This document shows, one piece after another, positions 59,510-64,000 of a stretch of DNA of 64,000 nucleotides. The DNA is from Heteronotia binoei. Its lineage: Eukaryota. Location: assembly GCF_032191835.1 (NCBI RefSeq), contig NC_083226.1:21390001-21454000 (forward strand). Direction: 5' to 3'. The notes beneath the pieces are model-generated. The model ran no database searches. It was not told where the DNA came from and saw nothing but the letters and a program-made list of their open reading frames with translations. Numbering within the stretch: the first letter of the stretch is position 1; every line of letters begins with the position of its first letter. The translations under genes and the position numbers were made by a program.

Positions 59510-60950
59510 ATGGCTCTAATTGCAACAGCTCAGATAGTGGGAAAGCTCACCTCCACTAATTACAATGCGTGGGCTCTCCGCTTGGAGCATTATCTCAAAC
59601 GAGAAGGTTTATGGAAAATTGTCGAGTCGCCTCCAGACCAGCTGGATGAGGAGGACACTGCCAAGGATGAGAAGGCATTGGCAACAATAGTCCTGAGTGT
59701 GGGAGACGATCAACTGATACACCTAACCGATAAGCGCACATTGAAGGCTGCTTGGGACTCTTTGAGAGCAGTATATGTGCAAGTTACAGCAGGTTCATTT
59801 ATTGCACTTACCCAGCGGCTTTATAGAACTGTAATGAGACCGGGGGAGTCCGTTAGAGCACATCTGAATGCTCTCGCTGAATGCTGCAATGAGTTGGCTG
59901 AGAGAGGAAAAACTGTGTCAGAGGAAGATAAGGTTTATCTTATCCTGAGCTCGCTGTCGACAGAGTATAATATGCTAGTAACTGCTTTGGAGACGGTGGA
60001 GGCCAGCAAACTAACTTTGGAATATATTACCGGGCGTTTACTGGATGAGGAGCGTCATTTGCAGCAGTCTGGTTTATCAGCTTGGCAGCATACCGGACTG
60101 GGGGAGTCTGCAAAGCAGGAGGCCAGCAGGGAAGCGTCAGCCGGGAACCGACTTGGAGCAAAGCCGGAGGTTGCCCTACATGTAAAGAAATGTTTTCATT
60201 GTGGCTCTTTGAAGCACCTGAGGCGTGAGTGTCCTGAGGGGAAAGTCAGACAAAAGTATGGAGGCCGGTCTGCAGGAGCTGAGGGTTACTCAAATGCATC
60301 TCTTGTGGTGACTGACAACGCTGAGTCATCTGGAGTGTGGATTATTGACTCTGGTGCGTTGTAGATTTTTTGCAAGGATGAGAATTTACTGCAAAATAAA
60401 CATTCACCACAACGGCAAACTGTCTGCCTGGCTGATGGCAGCAGTTCAAAGGTACTCTGGCAGGGGTGTGTGGCTTTTCCCAACTTGTGTCACACATTTC
60501 CTGATGTTTTATGTGTGCCAGCTCTAGAGAATAACTTGCTAAGCGTGTCTGTGCTGGACAAAGTTGGATCTACTGTCACGTTCACTGATAACACCTGTAA
60601 GATAAGCAGAGATGGTGCAGAGCTTGGAACAGCTAAATTGCTAAATAATGTGTATGTGTTAGACACAAATACTATGACTGCTAAAACTGTATTAAATGTA
60701 CCACAACATGATAATTGCGTGCACCTTTGGCACAGAAGATTAGGGCATGCTAATTTTCATGCAATTGATAAAACACTGCAAATTGTGGGGAGAAATTGTG
60801 TGAAGGAATGTAAACAGTATTTAGACTGTGATGTGTGTAAGCATGCCAAAACAACTGCATTCCCGGTTGCACAGAGGAGTGACAGAGTAACGAATAAGCC
60901 CCTGGAATTAGTTCATGCCGACGTAATTGGGTCATTTGCCAATAGTCATT
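59510..60950 (+). mobile_element. Ty1/copia gag-PR-IN(start), 3'-truncated
   Basis: gag (LTSTNYNAWALRLEHYLKREGLW), zinc knuckle CFHCGSLKHLRREC, protease WIIDSGA, GAG-pre-integrase LWHRRLGH..CDVC, integrase PLELVHADV; one in-frame TAG at 60362; no RT, RNaseH or 3' LTR. Confidence 0.93.
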
Positions 60951-61004
60951 CAAACAATAGATTTGATAGTCATTCAAATAATAATAGAAGGTCCTCCAAT
61001 GCCT

Positions 61005-61230
61005 CACGGAATGAAGTGAGATTAACTACTAAGTAGCCCTGACCTGGGTGGCCCAAGCTAGCTCAATCTCATCAGATCTTGAAAGGTAAGAAGGGTTGGC
61101 CCTGGCTAATATTTGGCTGGCAGACCATTGAGGAAGTCCAGGGTCACAAGACAGAAGCAGGCGATGGCAAACCAACTCTCAACGTGTCTTATGCCAAAAA
61201 ACACATGGGGTTGGCTGCAACTTGATGGGA
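61005..61230 (+). repeat. TAS2R downstream block with 5S-SINE, gene missing
   Basis: GAGATTAACT.CTAAGTAGCCCTGACCTGGGTGGCCC as at 32355, 39355 and 43215. Confidence 0.85.
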
Positions 61231-63616
61231 AAAAAGAGAGAAAACTCCTTAAGATTTCTTTCTCATTATTTATATATTTTGCCTTTGTGTTATTGCGTGT
61301 GTGTGTGTGTATAAGAAACAGAATAGGTGATCACATTGTTGGTTCTTATAAACAAGTATTCAATCCACTATAAATGCTGCTTTCTTTCTATACTGTTTTG
61401 CCAGTAGACATGACATTCCTAACGCTTAGGGGACTCCAACTTTGTTCTGTTGCTTTAGGTCAACATGGCTCCCACCTGGACTTTGGAGCATAGTTCTGAT
61501 TTATTTTGTTTAGAATGGGTGTGTTCACACACACTATGGCTGGGCAGCATTTTAAGCCAACGTAGGGATGGCTCGCGGATGGGTTAAAAAATCAAGTCCA
61601 AACATGCACGTCTGCCTCCCATCCAGCTTCCGTACTCACCCCATTCTCTAGCATCTCTGAGGTGGCTTAAAAAGCTACCTTTGTGAAAGTGGTAGCAAAT
61701 CCTTCTGCTGTGCACCATCTGTCTTTCCAGGCATCTGAACACGGGAGTATGCAAGCAAGGCAGATTGGCGGTGTGAACCCATCAAACCTCTCTAGGCACT
61801 CATTGATATCATTAAAAAAAAAAAAACACTGTATGAGTGCATATGCACATGACCACCACTCCAATGTATGGAAAGAAAGAACCCAATCTGTGCCAAGGGG
61901 GTGGTGCACAACAGCTGTCTGACCTCACCAAAGCACCTCTCACACAGGAAAGGGGCAACTCGCGCAGAAGCGTCTGATGTGGATTCGACTGCTCCATTTT
62001 GAACTAGCCCAATTTGAGATACCTCCCATATGCCTGAAGCTGCTGCTCTGGACCCAGCCTAAAATAGGCAGTTTGCAACTGGATTTTTACAGTGTAAGAA
62101 TGATCACATCTACTTGCAAATTGTCACCGTATGAAAGCACCTTGTGTATCAGAAACATTGGCCCTTTCTACATACACAGCTTACTTCCGATTTGCACTGA
62201 AGTCAGTTGGGGTTTACTTTGAATGCTGTTCCTGCGTTCCACATCTTTTTCTCTCTCTCTCCAATTTTTATTGAGAATTGCAGTGTATATACTCTGGATA
62301 CCAATGAGAAAACCTGGGTACTGTTGTGGAGTTGGTTTCTCCTGATCGGTTAGTTTCACACTGAGTGTTTTTTTTTTAAATAGGAGATTATTCCAGCTGA
62401 ATTTACTGTGAGGTTACCATTAGTGTTCTCCACCCCCCCCCCTCACCAGTAGTGAAGGAATTTAACACTAATCTGGGATACCTGGAGGAAAAAACTCACT
62501 GGCAGGCACTGTTTGAAAAGTTTAGTGAGAGGAAAAGCCAACCACTTGGCTGGGTAGGAGGTGGTTCATGAGGGGGGAGGTGGTGCTTTGTAGCCTGAGC
62601 CCCCCATTGTTATTTAGAAATGAAATGACAAAAGGGGAAAACAAGGTGTTGAGATGGACCAGACTTTTTTTTTTTAAACAGGCTGCTACTGTCACACGGC
62701 AGGTTCCACAGCATGATCCTCATGTTTGAAATGTTTGCAGTCAGAGTCAATTTAAAAGGAAACATTCTCCCCCCCCCCAACCCTCCCCCCCAAACCAAAA
62801 TTGCCCAAGAGGGGAAAAAATCTTGCTGTTAAAAGCACTGCATCTTGACCAACTCACTGGCTATTTCTGTGAACAAGTCAGAAAAAGGCAACTACTTTCC
62901 TAATCTTCTATTTCCAAAGGCATCCCTAGTGCAAAGCTGACCAATAAGGAGAGACCAGCTTGCCAGCAAGAGGAGTGGAGGAAAAGTCCGAGGAAATATA
63001 TCTGCTTTTAAAGGCTTGGAAATCAACTAATAGGTGGATGGGGAAATACTCCTCCGGAAAACCACTCTTGGAAACTACAGAGATACAGTGGAGTGACAGC
63101 AGAATGCTTGAGAAAAGATGTGGAAGGAATTGAAAAATCTTATGGGAAGGTGAGGTGAGTGTGCAAGGGAATACAGAAGCAAGTTTTTGAAGTGATGGAG
63201 TTGGGAGGTGAGACCCGTGGTAAACACAAATGCAGAAAGGGCTGACCACAGCTAAAAGAATCATTATCATTCTTTTTGTTCTATCCTTCCCCTCTCACTC
63301 AGTATATTCACACTAACCAAGTCACAGAGATGTATGAAACAGAGATGCAGTTAAGAAGAATATTTGAAAGCAAGAAGGATGCTCCAACTTAACTACCCAG
63401 GAGTCATTGATATTCAGTAGCAAAACAGCAGTGAATAAAATAGTAATTTAAACAGGCAGGATCCATGACTTCAAGTCACTAGAAGGTTGTTTCACCAAAA
63501 CCATTGAATGTACCTTAGACAGCAGGAGAACTTCTGGAAGGATTGTTTCTCAAGGGTTTTTCAAGGCTCCTTCTTTCACAAGAGAATGTCCTCTCCCTTA
63601 GTTCTTTTGGTAAGTT

Positions 63617-64000
63617 TTAAGATGTGGCTTCACTCACATGGCATTTTTAGTGGGGTATCATTCTGACCCATGCCTGTTTCATTTTGGGATTAATCTCTTC
63701 CTTTGAGAACGCACGCATAGCTGGTCTTGAGGTCAAAAGGAGATTGAGGAAGAATCGCACTGCTACAGGACCAACCCTAAATCAGACTTTTCCCTGCAGC
63801 CGCTGTGGCCGGACCTGCCTGTCCCACATTGGTCTTGTCAGCCACCAGTGAGCCTGCAGCAAACGTGGACTATTGCACCCTTCTTAAATCTTCGTTCGCG
63901 AAGCCAAGCCGAGAGAGAGAGAGAGAAAGAGAGTATCTGGATAACAGCATGCCCAGAGGGATACACAGCACTCATAGTATGAAAAAGCACAGGTGTCCAA
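63617..64000 (-). pseudogene. TAS2R: TAS2R pseudogene, 3' part (continues beyond the window)
   Basis: YPSGHAVI.I [insertion] INPKMKQAWVRMIPH*KCHVSEATS*; RTE insertion plus a TAA nonsense codon. Confidence 0.9.
63695..63933 (+). mobile_element. RTE-clade LINE 3' fragment inserted in TAS2R TM7
   Basis: FPCSRCGRTCLSHIGLVSH zinc-finger-like C-terminus, CTTCGTTCGCGAAG hairpin, (GA)n tail. Confidence 0.85.

Noticed and set aside
60362-60364. Programmed stop read-through between copia gag and pol
   Set aside because: The TAG lies inside the protease just after the catalytic DSG, which fits a CAG>TAG mutation better.
1-64000. CRISPR arrays, operons or other prokaryotic systems
   Set aside because: The sequence is eukaryotic; there is no regular repeat-spacer array and no prokaryotic gene organisation.

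Overview
Vertebrate genomic DNA, almost certainly squamate and probably gecko (inferred from the Sauria-type and tRNA/L2-tail SINEs and the L2, CR1, L1, RTE, Penelope, gypsy, copia, hAT and Harbinger elements). The window is a tandem cluster of single-exon bitter taste receptor genes (TAS2R) undergoing birth and death. It holds 5 open ORFs (15683+, 24434-, 40733-, 44524-, 52640-), 4 disrupted copies (33172-, 37291-, 58153-, and one running off the right edge), an isolated 3' fragment (56545), and two duplicated flanking units whose gene is missing (~7350, ~61250). Highlights: (1) a three-site octamer/POU module is conserved at a fixed distance upstream of every paralog; (2) a C-X19/20-C pair in ECL2 is kept in all intact or recently broken receptors and lost in both old pseudogenes; (3) a Harbinger MITE replaced the C-terminus of an open TAS2R with 32 new residues ending in CC; (4) a Penelope fragment with a hammerhead ribozyme core is nested in a Harbinger-type element; (5) there is a ~390-bp palindrome with a 15-bp target duplication. 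All calls come from reading and aligning by eye. No database search was run, so TE family names are pattern-level assignments. Most short ORFs in the supplied track are non-coding or repeat-derived.
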